From NCBI GenBank assembly GCA_965214705.1, contig OZ243972.1, positions 2,880,001-2,944,000 of the forward strand: a DNA stretch of 64,000 bases. Reading direction: 5' to 3'. Under the pieces are notes generated by a model. The model worked only from the letters and a program-made list of their open reading frames with translations. It was not told the DNA's origin and did not search any database. The position numbers were made by a program, and so were the translations under genes. Each line of letters begins with the position of its first letter. The first letter of the stretch is position 1. Shown here piece after piece: positions 63,941 to 64,000 of the stretch. The DNA is from Alphaproteobacteria bacterium. Its GTDB lineage: Bacteria > Pseudomonadota > Alphaproteobacteria > UBA828.

Positions 63941-64000
63941 ATGACGATGTCGCAGCTTGAGAAATACCAGATGTACATTGGCGGCAAGTGGGTCGATCCG
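63941..64000 (+). CDS. Probable aldehyde dehydrogenase, N-terminus only
   Basis: RBS GAAAGG, then MTMSQLEKYQMYIGGKWVDP, a typical ALDH start; runs off the window. Confidence 0.65.
   Translation, partial: MTMSQLEKYQMYIGGKWVDP

Overview
GC-rich alphaproteobacterial chromosome segment (Rhodospirillales-like rpoD and gene order). 1-9.8 kb: two convergent ABC importer operons (Liv-type and Dpp/Opp-type). 10-28.7 kb: a decayed accessory region anchored at tRNA-Ser(GGA). It holds integrase and relaxase-like remnants, a cysG-DUF2849-cysI-DUF934 cluster cut off from its divergent Lrp-family regulator by a tyrosine-recombinase/IS91-like element, and a satellite-like island (integrase pseudogene, alpA, primase, DNA methylase remnant). 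29-53.9 kb: core genes (lepA, pheT, pheS, rplT, rpmI, infC, thrS, greA, carB, carA, yqeY, dnaG, rpoD) with an ISAs1 element, then a DMT transporter, a Sel1 protein and an amidase. 54-64 kb: an IS1634 element and a more AT-rich sugar-type ABC operon with PxpB/PxpC-like genes inside it. The most notable signals are two IS110-family elements whose non-coding ends carry readable bridge/seek-RNA guides matching their own junctions. One, an IS1111-type element, appears programmed against the conserved Y-N-S codons of IS91-like transposases. There is also an unexplained ~208-nt rod-like hairpin at 63550-63757 whose mismatches favour a minus-strand RNA. All calls were made by eye, with no database searches or folding computations.
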